DNA from: Chlorokybus atmophyticus
Lineage: Eukaryota > Plantae > Mesostigma and Chlorokybus algae
DNA length: 64,000 bases
Reading direction: 5' to 3'
Assembly (NCBI GenBank): GCA_009103225.1
Contig: RHPI01003156.1
Location: 1,293,043 to 1,357,042, forward strand
Below the pieces are notes generated by a model. That model worked only from the letters and a program-made list of their open reading frames with translations, was not told the origin of the DNA and did no database searches. Below, one piece after another: positions 1 to 11,439 of this stretch (position 1 is the stretch's first letter; each line of letters starts with the position of its first letter). The position numbers and the translations under genes were made by a program.

Positions 1-78
1 CCCGATTACAGTCCCCTTGAGCAAAATCGAGGGGGGGACTGTGTAAAATGGGGGGGACTTAACGGGGTAAATACGGTA
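1..78. mobile_element. Terminal end of a putative pogo/Tigger-type DNA transposon or MITE extending out of the window to the left
   Basis: Reverse complement reads TA-CCGTATTTACCCCGTTAAGTCCCCCC, a CCGTA-type terminus with flanking TA (77-78). Subterminal inverted motif acagtcccc...ggggactgt. Only one end is visible. Confidence 0.4.
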
Positions 79-300
79 GTACTACTACATACTACTACAT
101 AAGCATTAGTAATGCTTATGTAAAATTGCAAACACCCCATTGCATTTACCATTTTAGTGAACACCCAGGTGTTATGCAACGGCACAAACCTGGTGCCGAT
201 TGGAGGCAGTGTATGATGGTGCTGTGGTATTGACTGCCAGGGTCGCCACGTTAACAGCGCCTGCCGCCTTCACCCTTGACTTCACTGCATCCGTCCAGGT

Positions 301-552
301 GAGGAGAAGATCGTCCACACCTTAGCTCTCCGCTAGGTCATCAGCATAGTGATATATACCACGGCTGATGGCAGCTATACAAGCATCGGCGCACAAGGTA
401 GCAGGTGGCCAATAGTTTGTAACCGCGGCCAGTAGGGGCCGAGAAGGAGATCGTCCACACCATAGCGCTCTGCGAGGTCATGTGCATAGTCATATATACC
501 ACGAGTGCTGACAGCTACACAAGCATCCGCACACAAGGTAGCAGCTGGCCAA
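301..552. repeat. Diverged tandem duplication, period 140 bp (301-412 and 441-552), inside the Penelope-like remnant
   Basis: Both copies read ga..agatcgtccacacc.tagc.ct..gc.aggtcat..gcatagt.atatataccacg...gc.aca..agcatc.gc.cacaaggtagcag.tggccaa. On the minus strand they encode GIYDYAHDLAERYGVDDLLL and GIYHYADDLAES*GVDDLLL. Confidence 0.85.
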
Positions 553-1830
553 CACTTTGTGCATGCGGTCAGCAGGGGGCGCACAGTAGCAGATTGCAGC
601 ATTGCATATCACACGTAACAACATGGCCGAGGGCATTCACGTAGGGTACTGTCACAGCCCACTCGACCACAAAAGACTTGGTGCTTTTATGGGCGATTTG
701 TGGTAATCTAATGTACCTTCCCGTTACATTCCCCCCCACTTAAGAACGTTGACGTCCTCGGCAGCTGCCCGCTCAGCTGGGGAATTACCTAAGGGGTTTG
801 TTAGGGTCGTTCACCGGCCCACAGCCAAGGACCGGCGAATTTAGGCCCATACCGATCAACGCGCGCATAGCGCGCCGCTGTCGGCTCCATAGGTCGCGTT
901 GCCGCGATAGGCAGGTCCCCCTGCCGCGCCGACTGAACTGGTCAGTTCGGCGCGACTGCCATTAGGCAATACGCGACCCATCGATGATTGCACTTATCAA
1001 GTGTTCATTTACAATGTTATTGGATCAAGAAACAACAACCGCGGAATTCGTGTGCAAGGCAGGAATTGAACCCGGGTCTCAAACTCCGATGACCAATGTC
1101 ACAGCCCACTCGACCACAAAAAATTGGTGCTTTTATGGTCGATTTGTGTGGAATGTACCTTCCCGTTACAGGTACCATGTATGCAGCATGACAGGTACAA
1201 GCAGCATTCATGATCGCCATGGCATGGCCACTTGCTGCTGCTTCAGCATGCGCAATGCAATGGTAGAAGGATTGCACACTACTTGGCAAGTAATACTTGC
1301 CCTTCCCATCGTCTCCCTGTACTTCTAGCTTACAACCGATGGTAGCCACGCTTGTTGTAGGGCTGGTGGCAAAATCAGCTTGAGGTCTGGATCGTTGAGG
1401 ATCTTGGATAAGGCAATGAGATCTGCCACAGCGCTAGAAAATTCGCAATGCACAATCAGGTTGGCATTCGCCCCCGCTCTAGTCTTTCGCGAATGTGCCG
1501 TGTAAATGGACAGCTTTTAATGCCCGTGTGGGGGCATCCTCATGAGATGGCCTAATTTGCAACTTGGCTGAAATTTGTCTTTTTAGCACGTTCAACATAC
1601 GATACAGGTTGCGTGGTCTATAAGCGCGTAGCTGTGCGCTGAAAGTGCTAGCCTGCCTGCACTGCGCTAAAGAACGCACATAATGTCTATTGCCTCTGTA
1701 CGCAAAAGTACGCCATCTCATGAGAACATAAGCATTATGCACATTTATGAGAAGATCACGAACATGCATGCGTGCACGCTCATGCATGGGGCGTGACATC
1801 TTGAAGCTGATTTTTTCTGTATTATAGTCG
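375..1830 (-). pseudogene. Decayed Penelope-like element (Chlamys/Naiad-type), pre-RT region, interrupted by a TRIM
   Basis: Removing 650-1175 restores an open frame MNAACTCHAAYMVPYVNALGHVVTCD. A frameshift then leads to MLQSATVRPLLTACTKCWP, matching the recalled CxC...GHVxTGDL...RxLLxKGxKxRP motif upstream of Naiad/Chlamys RTs. Upstream is KILNDPDLKLILPPALQQAWLPSVVS*KYRETMG. Stops and frameshifts are present. Confidence 0.6.
650..1170 (-). mobile_element. TRIM (miniature non-autonomous LTR retrotransposon), copy 1
   Basis: Direct repeats at 650-728 and 1097-1170, both TG...CA. Perfect 5-bp TSD GGTAC (645-649 and 1171-1175). On the minus strand, PBS-like TGGTCATCGGAG starts 1 nt after the 5' LTR, and [18 protein letters not shown] lies immediately before the 3' LTR. 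No coding capacity. Confidence 0.93.
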
Positions 1831-2677
1831 TTTGGGTGGTGTGAGCGGGGGATTTATATCCACTCCCGTTCTTGCCGGCGCTCTCGTGCTTTGCATTTCC
1901 ATAGTTTTAAAGTCGTACAAGCTGGCACCTACTTCACTGGAAGAATGAACCATTGATCAAACCCAGTCATGAGCATGGCCTTTTCTACTGCTGTTGCCAC
2001 CAGCCCTGTGACGCACAGTAATCCGTGTACCATGCTGTAGCTTTTAACTATATAGTGTAAACGTATCACATGCTACACTAGTGTGTTGCAACCCGTGCAC
2101 AACATGGGTCCAAACTTAGGACCAGCGGGTGCTCTAGTTTAATTAAAACTCACTCCTTTAGCAGGGCATCGGCGCCTCGCCTACAAAAATATCGATTGCG
2201 TTGGCCGGCTGTGCGCGGTAATATCAGTTTGTGAACTGGCCGACTGGTTGTTATTCAGGATAAATTTTACGTCGCGGTTGAACAACCGCATTGTCGTTGT
2301 CCTGTCCAATCATGACATTGCTTTAATTTCAATTCACACTCATAATGAAAATTGGAACCATCCTGTAATAAATGGCAAGCACCACAACGTGTTGAAGGTG
2401 TCATCAAGTTTGCATGCCATATTGCATGCGCGCAGTAATTGTGCCTTATTTCACAGCATATATATGCGTGTGCATGTGTGTGTGCGCATGCTCTACTGTT
2501 GCGCCATAGAGCACATGCGCGCGTAGGTGGGGTGCTTGCGAAGAATGTGCTCGTCATGAGCATATGTCACAATTATCACATATTGCCAATCCAGCAAGCA
2601 CACGACTACATGTCTGCATGTCACCACCGCAACCAAAGTAATCAACAATCAAGCTCGTACTGCATCTATGCACACAT

Positions 2678-2710
<33 letters not shown>

Positions 2711-2730
2711 TTACCACCACCACCATCATT
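2678..2730. repeat. (CTA)n/(CAC)n trinucleotide microsatellite
   Basis: ctactactac... running into caccaccaccatcat. Confidence 0.9.
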
Positions 2731-3665
2731 AACACCATTTCACCTCGCGCAGCAATCCACGTTAACAACCATGTATGCGTGCACACCCACATGCATGCAT
2801 GCATGCGCGTGCGTGCGTGCAGGTTCATGCGGGTAACGTCTGCATATGTCTGCCTGTGTGCACACGCATGTGCGTGTATGCACGCACAACAAAGTAAAAT
2901 CCGCCTGACACATGCACCCCAATACGTGAACAATAGAGGCTATAACCAACATGTTTCAAATCGATAGAGTTTTAAATTTCACTGCTATTCCCCCTAATCA
3001 AACGTATTTACACCTACTACACCCACCCACATCTACCTATGACCACTACCTATTACCTCACGCCAGCCACCAACCCATGCCAAGCCACCTGTGTGTGCGC
3101 ATGCACGCACCAAGGCCACATGCGCGCGCATATGCTCAAGTGTCACTGCGTGTGCGCATTTATGCGTGTGCTGGTGAGGGTGTGCGTGTGCGCACGGGTT
3201 GCAGGGGCAAAGCAGTAGCCAAGCAGCAAAGGCAACATCTTCAACTTACCTGCTTGCAATCGCCGCCACCGCCATCGCCCATGCCTGGTCAGGCCCTAAG
3301 CAGATCGGGAAAGTTACGACTCTATCAATGTAGCCACGACAGGGGCAGCAAGCAACTTGCTTGAAGGCGACATGACCACGCACGCACCCACCTACGCACG
3401 CACGCGTGAACATAAAGCGACGATATAACACTCACATGCTACAGCTGCATCCGCCAACTTGGCCCAATCACGTCCGTCGCCCTCAGCGGCATCTCCACTT
3501 GAGGTGCCGCCGTTGTCGCCGCCTGTGTAAAGGCAGTGAGAAGACACTGTGAGAGAGAGCGTTGGGGGGAGGGCAGGCCACAAACTCACACACCTCATCT
3601 GCTTGCTGCCATTGCCTGTGATCTGACATGGCGTGGTCTGCCTTGACCACAAACCAGCATGCGCG

Positions 3666-3779
3666 GGGGGGAGAGGGAGAGGGAGAGGGAGAGGGAGGGA
3701 GAGAGCGAGAGGGAGAGAGAGAGGGAGAGAGAGAGGGAGAGAGAGAGGGAGAGAGAGAGGGAGAGAGAGGGAGAGAGAG
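3666..3779. repeat. Polypurine GA/GGGAGA simple repeat
   Basis: gggagagggagagggagagggagggagagag..., about 110 bp of almost pure purine on the + strand. Confidence 0.9.
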
Positions 3780-4980
3780 TGCAAAACCACTAAGGCACAA
3801 ACTTACTTGCAGCACATGCCGTTGCGGGCTCTGTGAGCAGCAGGTGCATACCCTGGTGCGCCAGATGGGTGCTGTTGCTGCATATGCATGCCTGTGTGCA
3901 ACTATGCATGCATGTGTGGATCTCCGTGCCCGCGAGCATGCCTGCGCATGCATGCGCATGCGCACGCGCGCGCGTGCATGTGTATTTGTGTGTGTATGTG
4001 TGTGTGTGCATGGTTGCGTTTGGGCGTGCGCATCTGTGTGTGCATGCCATGCACAGTGCAGTGCACGCGCACAGTCGTGTGCCTTACTGTGCATGTGCGT
4101 GCATGCTGATGAGTGTGTGCTCAGGGGGTTGAGGGGCAAGGGGTAGAGCCAACCAACTCACCTGCAGTTCGCCGCCCTGGGCTGGGCAATAACTGGCTTG
4201 ATCTCAGCAATGGGAGAGGGCAATGGCGAGCCATCGCCGACTGAAGGGGGGTGGGGGCGGGTGTTAGACAGAACACACACACACACACACACACACATTC
4301 TCTCCCCTCACCCGGGCCTTCACCCTCATCTCCATCCTCACCTCACCCTCACTCTTTGTGCCTTCGCACCTTCACCCTCACCCTTGCCTTCACCTCGCCG
4401 CCATCCTCACCCCTTCGCCAACTGCCTTAAGTACCGCAACAATGCGGGAACAGCGCGACCCTCTGCGACCGCAGAAATGCGGCTGTAACGCTGTCACAGC
4501 CTGTTTGATGACGTGCCTTCTTGTCGTTGACGTGGACTTTGGGCGGGCGGCGGCGCCGCTGACAGGCGACGGCACGGCGGCTGACGGCACTGTCACCTCA
4601 CCGCGCCGCCCTCACCGCCGCGCCTCCGGATGAGCTGACAGCTGCGGCAGAGCGCTGCCGCTGTCCCCGCGCTACTACTGAGGACGACAGACGCCGCGCT
4701 GATTGACGACCCCCTCACCCCCTCACCCCCCATCACCGACGCTAGAGCACGCCTGATACTGGCTGCACGCACGCTGACTCTTAACCTCTCCTATTTCTTT
4801 CTTTTTTCTCGCCCTCTGAAATCAGGTGTGTCATTGCTACCTACATTAGCATATGGTGGCATTGTGTGTGGCATGATAGGAGTGGGGCTGGGTGGGACCA
4901 GGTGCGTGCAGTGGCACATGGTATGCGATGCGTTTTTGAAAGATTTTGTTGGGTTGTGCTCATACATGTGAGTGCGACTC

Positions 4981-5035
<55 letters not shown>

Positions 5036-5040
5036 CGCGC
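4981..5040. repeat. Compound (CT)n-(CG)10 microsatellite
   Basis: tctctc... to 5020, then gcgcgcgcgcgcgcgcgcgc at 5021-5040. Confidence 0.9.
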
Positions 5041-5899
5041 CCCTTCGCTGCCACTGCGTATGAGTGTGACACGTGTGCTCACATACGCTTTATGCATAAC
5101 GGTGCAATCTAAACTATTCTGTACACACACACACACACACATTGCCAAAACCACTCACGCAGGCAGGCAAGCTGATCCGGGAGGGAGGCGGCATGTACGC
5201 AAAACTGCCTAACCAACCTGGGGGGTGGGGTTGGATAGCGGGTGGGCGTTGCCGCCACCTAAGAGAGGAGGGGCGCTGCTGCTGGCAGGGCGAGGCCGTT
5301 GGCTGTTATTACCAACTTGGTGACGCGGCAAGCCGGCTCATTGCCCGGGGGGTGGCGGGCAGAAAGTAGCATAGACCATTGAAAGCCACACCCACCTGGC
5401 TGCTGCAAAGGAGTGCTACCGTTTCGTAAAACCGTCGCCCAGCACATAATTCACATCGCCACACGATTGCTGCATTCACCGCCACCACCACCGCTACATG
5501 GGTGGGGTTGTTTGTTTTGTAGTAGCCGCTTGTCACTCGTTCCGACCTTTCAATTGTGCATAATCGCACGATCGTGAGAGTTGAAACGATTTGGGCGGTG
5601 AAATTTCAAATGTGCGCGTGCGTGTGCACGTATGTGTGTGATGTGCTGAGTTCCAGTTTAATGGCACGCAGGTGGTTGTATGCATTCAAATATGTTCATG
5701 TATCTGATCTGCGTGCACGCGTGCGTGCGCGTGCATGCGTGCGTGCGCGTGCATGTGTGATGTGCTGAGTTCCAGTTCAATGGCATGCAGGTGTTTGCGT
5801 GGTGGTTGTGTGCATTCAATTATGGTCATGCATCTGATCTGCGTGCATGCGCGCGCGCGCGTGTATGCGCGCGCACATGTCTGCATTGTGCTGGTTTTC

Positions 5900-7205
5900 A
5901 GCAAAGGCATGCATGTGTTTACACGGTGGTTATGTGCGTTCAATGAGGATATGCGCCGTGCCAATCGACAAGTGCTGGTGCTCATGGACAACGCAACGCA
6001 CATCTGCGCGCAAGCCAAGTCGGGGACAAAAGGCAGCTTCAAGTCTCTCATTATGTCTCACCTGACCGGTGTTCTTGCCTCCAAACACAACATCAGTCAT
6101 TCAACCCTTGGATGCGTGCATAATTGCTGCATTCAAGTTGAGGTAAGGTTTGACATCATGTGAGCAAAGCACGTTACTTTGTGAGGATATGTTCGAGTCT
6201 TACGCATTGCTACGCAGGTACATGACCCTGACCGGTGTTCTTGCCTCCAAACACAACATCAGTCATTCAACCCTTGAATGCGTGCATAATTGCTGCATTC
6301 AAGTTGAGGTAAGGTTTGACATCATGTGAGCAAAGCACGTTACTTTGTGAGGATATGTTCGAGTCTTACGCATTGCTACGCAGGTACAAGAAGAAGTTGG
6401 TTGCGCACATGCTTGCAGAGTTTGACGCCAACCCCACTTCGAACCTCAGCAAAACCAAAGTGGATGTGCGCGACGCCGTCATGTGGAGCCGTGAAGCTTG
6501 GATGGAGCTCACTCCTTCTACCATACGCAATTGCTGGCGCAAGAGCAAGGTTATTTTTGCCGATTGGTGTGCTGATGCAATTAATGACAACCTCAACGCC
6601 CCATCCATTCGTCGCGTCATTGACGCCAAGGTATGTAGGCTTAGTTGGTGGATATTGCTAGAACAATGCTTGTGCCAACATTGGTAACTTGCATTGCTAC
6701 TGCGCGTAGGAGTTGGATGATTTACAGCAACTCATGGCGCGGATGAAACTTCCAGCATCAGACACAATCAGCGCCGAGTTTGTGGACATGGATGAGACAT
6801 TGCCCACGGAGGCAACAGCAACGGATGCTGAAATACTGGCAGCTGTTGGTGTCGGGCCATTGTCCGATGATGAAGAAGATGAGGAAGGTAAGTGATGGTG
6901 TGGTGCATGCACTATATGCAATTGCATGATAGCGGTTGTACATGTCGCTAAGACTAGCATGCACAGATGACCCTGACAATCAGCCCCCTCATGCGCCGAC
7001 ATTGAGAGAAGCGATGCAACATGTGGATGCACTTGACGCTTTTATCGTCGAAGCTTCTGAAGACTTTAATGAAATGGAGCAGATGGCGATTAGGAAGTTG
7101 AGAAATAAGTTGACGCATCTTCACATTTTCGGTGTGTCTAGTGCTAGACAGAGCATTCACTCATTTTTTCATCAGCGCGTAGATGATGTAGATGAGGAGG
7201 AGTAG
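5900..7205 (+). pseudogene. pogo/Tigger (CENP-B-like DDE_1) transposase remnant with three spliceosomal introns
   Basis: VFTRWLCAFNEDMRRANRQVLVLMDNATH, then (-/+1 frameshift at ~6067) VFLPPNTTSVIQPLDACIIAAFKLR|YKKKLV...VDVRDAVMWSREAWMELTPSTIRNCWRKSKVI, then a C-terminus PTLREAMQHVDALDAF...KLRNKL...ARQSIHSFF. GT-AG introns at 6309-6383, 6631-6709 and 6888-6966. N-terminal HTH not found. Confidence 0.85.
6061..6388. repeat. Near-perfect tandem duplication, period 166 bp (6061-6222 and 6227-6388), of a transposase exon plus intron
   Basis: The two copies are almost identical (ttggatgcg vs ttgaatgcg), and each includes the 75-nt GTAAGG...CGCAG intron. Confidence 0.95.
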
Positions 7206-9274
7206 CGTAGTTGCCGCATAATACATATGCATTATTGTGTTTGCTTGCGCTAATGATGATATCCGCATCACAAAAGTAGGACACACATGTTATCGGGCAC
7301 TTACACGCAGCATGTTGGTGTGCATGAACTTGCTTGCTCAATTTGAGTTCAGTTGGGGACGCGCGATTGTCGCACCTATCGACGTGCGCAGGTCGCTAGC
7401 CGATAGCAAGCAACGACGCACCACATGTTGGAAAAGCTTTATTGGGCCACACCACCATGTCTTAGTCAATGCATCGTGCGGCAGCTGTGGTAGGGCCCAA
7501 TGCGGTTTGGAGCTCAAATAGATTGCAACGAAACCGCACGTAACCACGGGGGTGTTAAGAATAGTAGGATACATGGCAAATTGTCTGTTGCACAGTGAAA
7601 AGTGTGTTCATAAGTATGTGGCCAATGATGAAATGTAAAGCTTGCATTTTAGCCTGAATGTTCAAATTTGCAATGAAGCCTCCAAATGTTTAACATGAAC
7701 AGTGTTAAATGCTATAATATTACATTTGAGATGAATCTTGTCATACATTCTAATCACATCGCACAAAAGAGTACTACCACCTTTTATAAAAGTCGTAACA
7801 CAATATGCGCTTATAAACAACTTCACCTTCATTCATCGATACAAGCAAGCAATGCTTTGGCATATCATATAAGATAAGATTTTCATTTATTTTATTTTAG
7901 AGGAAATGCAAGTGCATGCAACTATATAAGCTATATATATTGTCAATTGCAAATTTCATACTTGAACAAACATTTACCAAAAGTTTTGTATTTACTATAT
8001 TGGGCTTTTATAATTCGTAAAAAATCCAAACAAAGTGTTAAAACATTACATAATAAAACAAGACAGTCAAAGATTTTAGGCACCAAGATTATGCGCTTTC
8101 AATTGTATCTACTTTGAATTTGAGTAATGCAATGAAGATTATAATAAATAATCCATCCTGCTGTAGTGTGTTAAGCCTAACTCACTTAACGGGTGTACAA
8201 GTTTTATTTTAGCACACGGTGTGCTATACTATTATGCACATAACATAGTAAAGTAAAGTGATAATGCATAGCGTGCAATTTGCAATAGAAGTGGAAGCAA
8301 GTTGTAAAATGCCATCCTATGTCGAATATGAAAAGAAGAAATTGCAAGTACAGTCTACTACTCGAGCTATAAGTATTGTCATTATAATCATAAATGCCCC
8401 ATAAACGTAAAATGTCGGGGAGCCAATGGTTTTATCGAGCATATCCTGCAAATTGTAAATACTACTTAGTTACATGTAAACATGAAATATTGTTAAGGAG
8501 ATGTCGCAAGATTAGCGGAGAGTAGAGGGTCACGTCGCGCAGCAGCGTCACATCGTCACTGCGTGACGCTATTGCGCGACGCCACAGCGTCACGCTGTTG
8601 CGCGACGCCACGCGGTTTATTATAATGTACCTATGCTTACAAAGAAAGATACGGCACATAATGCACTTGCTGTTTGTAAGTAAATGTTATCATTATATAC
8701 ATGTAAACATATACAGCTTAGAGGTCAACATGTCTGCCCTATCAGTACATGATGTTTAAGGACAAGTGTATGCCTATAAGAAGAGTAGACTGTCATTCAA
8801 CCAAATGCCAGTAAGCGTTTGTCATGATCATGATCATGACCAAAGGTTGGTCCAAAACTGGTGCGTCATAAGTTATAACGCATCAAGTCGTTCATAGAAA
8901 GTCGGGGGACTCGAACCTTATCTGCTCGCCCGCCAACGTCCACTGCCCAACTCATTCCCCAAAGGCACAGCTGCACCGCAGACCGACGACCGGCCGAACG
9001 TACGGCCCGACCGTCCTGTGTCCCGCCGGTCAGGTACAGAGGCAAACAACGAGACGACGCCTGCAAGGCCGGGTCAAAAAGTCTGGCAAGGTGCAGCGCT
9101 TGTCCGGCCGCCGCCGCCGGAGACACAAAGCCTGTCCTCTCGCGTAAATTTGGGGCAGATTGGCGCTAGAGGTGGCGGCGTAGGTGTAGGCGGAGCAGGA
9201 GGTTGAGAAGAAGGAGGAGCCGGCGAAGGCGGCGGGGAGGTCAGGCGGAGGAGAGGCGGGGATCAGGTGTAGCC

Positions 9275-11106
9275 ATGGTGGCCGCAGCCATGACAGCCAT
9301 GACCGCCGCGGTGGCCGTGGCGCCTGCATTGCAGAGCGCCAGGCGCGCCTTCGCTGGCCAGGCTCTGCCCACAGTGTTGCACAGCCAGGTAGGGATGGGG
9401 AGCAAGCCTTCAGGACCCTCACGGTTGTTGCCTGTTCTGTCGTCGTCATCGTCGTTGTCGTGTTCTCTTCTATGTCCTCCACAACTGCGCATGCGCTGTT
9501 CAGACCTGCATTGCCAGCCGCACAATGCAATGCTACGGCACAGTTCCCTATCTTGAGAAGTGGCTTGCGCTTTTTCTTCCCAACACACCAGTGCCAAGTT
9601 GTTGGCGTTACGCCTCCCTAAGCATTTCACACAACTTACTCTCCTCATTGTTTTTGTTCTGGTCTGTGCAGAAACGGCTGAGCCGGCGCAGCATGTCTAT
9701 CGTGGCGGGTCTGGCACAGCGCCTTGAGTACATCTGGTCAGACGGCCAGGAGGGCCAGCCAAGCAAGGGCATGCTCTTCAACCAGATGCGCTCCAAGACC
9801 AAGGTCGTCCAGAAGCCCCTCTCCATCGGCAACGAGTCCAGCTTCCCGGAATGGTCCTTTGATGGCTCCAGGTGAGACACGCACACATACTAACACGCAC
9901 TCACAGATAAACACTTCACCCCATCCCGTTTTGCACACAGCTTCAAAACACGAACATAACCACTGGCAATGTGGCAATGTGGCTCAGCAGTTAACGCCCA
10001 AGCACTCACCTCCTGTGTGTTTTGTGCTTGTGTGTTATTTCAGCACTGGACAGGCTGAGGGCAGCTTCTCCGACTGCATCCTGAAGCCCGTTTTCTCATG
10101 TACGGATCCCATCCGCGGCGGACATGATCTTCTTGTGCTGTGCGAGGTGTTGACGGCTGAGGGCAACCCACACGAGACCAACTCGCGCTCAAAGGTGCGG
10201 GACCTCCTCAAGAACGAGAGCGTGGCCGCGGAGGAGACTCTCTTCGGCTTCGAGCAGGAGTACACCATGTTGGACAAGAGGGGAAAGGTGTACGGCTGGC
10301 CTGAGAGTGGTTATCCCGCCGCACAGGGACCCTTTTACTGTGGTGTTGGCCTGGAGTCTGTCTACGGCCGCCCCCTCGCCGAAGCCCACATGGACGCCTG
10401 CATCAAGGCATGTTGCATGTGTTTTGCATGTTGTTGAGTGTCACCTTGTATCTCGTTGTGTCAAATGTGTTGTCAACAACTTCGTTGTTGTGTGCAGTCG
10501 GGTCTGAAGATCAGTGGTATCAATGCTGAGGTGCTTCCGGGTCAGTGGGAGTTTCAAATCGGTCCGGCTGGGCCGCTTGAGGTGGGTGACCATGTGATGA
10601 TCGCGCGGTGGCTGCTGCACCGTCTGGGTGAGGACATGGGCATCAACGCCACATTCGATGCCAAGCCCGTGCCCGGCGAGTGGAACGGCACTGGTGGACA
10701 TACCAACTATTCCACCAAGACCATGCGCGCGGAAGGCGGCATCGCCGCCATCAATGCGGCCATTGAGAAGCTCTCAAAGAAGCACCCCGAGCACATCTCA
10801 GTGTACGGCGTGGGCAACGAGAGGCGCCTCACCGGCAAGTGCGAGACTGCCAACATCAACACATTTAAGTCTGGTGTTGCCGACCGAGGAGCTTCCATCC
10901 GTATCCCGCTTCCTGTCTCCCTTGAGGGCAAGGGTTACCTTGAAGACAGGCGCCCTGCTGCCAACGTTGGTAAGCATACCAACAGTAATGTGTGTTTTGC
11001 AACCTCAACACAAGCGCTAGTATTGCATTCGTTTTGATTGAATTCTTTATTCTGTGCAGATCCCTACGTTGTTGCTGGCATGCTCATTAAGACCACCTTG
11101 ACCTAA
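9275..11106 (+). CDS. GLN2: Glutamine synthetase type II, plastid-targeted, GSIIB (algal GLN2-like) subtype; 5 exons: 9275-9388, 9672-9871, 10044-10407, 10498-10969, 11060-11106
   Basis: Ala/Ser/Arg-rich transit peptide, then [97 protein letters not shown]. Intron 10408-10497 has a GC donor. Confidence 0.97.
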
Positions 11107-11439
11107 GCTGCGCGCGCCCCCACGACCCGGACCCGGTCTGAGTTGCTATGCTGATGTTCCTGCGGAGAGCTTTTTGTATTTCTTATTGTAGCAACACGAG
11201 CTACGTTGAGGCAGGGGTGTCGGCTTTTGAAGCGGATATTTCCAATGCGCCATTTGTAGAGCATTAGACATGGTCTTTGCCATGGCTGACCATTGAAATG
11301 AAGCCCACTGCGTCTGACTAGTCCATACCGCTTGCAACCAGTCAAGGTGGATTGCTCAAACAGTGTCATGTGAGCAATGAATGGCATGTTGAAGCAACTT
11401 GCTCTGCGTTTTCTAGCAACGGTTTGCAGGAGCATAGCC

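Noticed and set aside
301-552. Repeat pair as a CRISPR-like array
   Set aside because: There are only two diverged 140-bp coding-derived units with no repeat-spacer structure, in a eukaryotic context.
3483-4146. Long ORFs of 172-218 aa on both strands
   Set aside because: They are made of GA and RY simple repeats that lack stop codons and have no protein-like content. The same applies to 55755-56588 and to the N-terminal part of the ORF starting at 50653.
8900-8925. GGTTCGAGTCCC B-box (minus strand) as a tRNA gene
   Set aside because: The T-stem does not pair, and there is no acceptor stem or A-box/D-arm.
9030-9648. Antisense ORFs overlapping the GS 5' region
   Set aside because: They are shadows of a GC-rich 5' UTR and transit-peptide exon and have no recognisable motifs.
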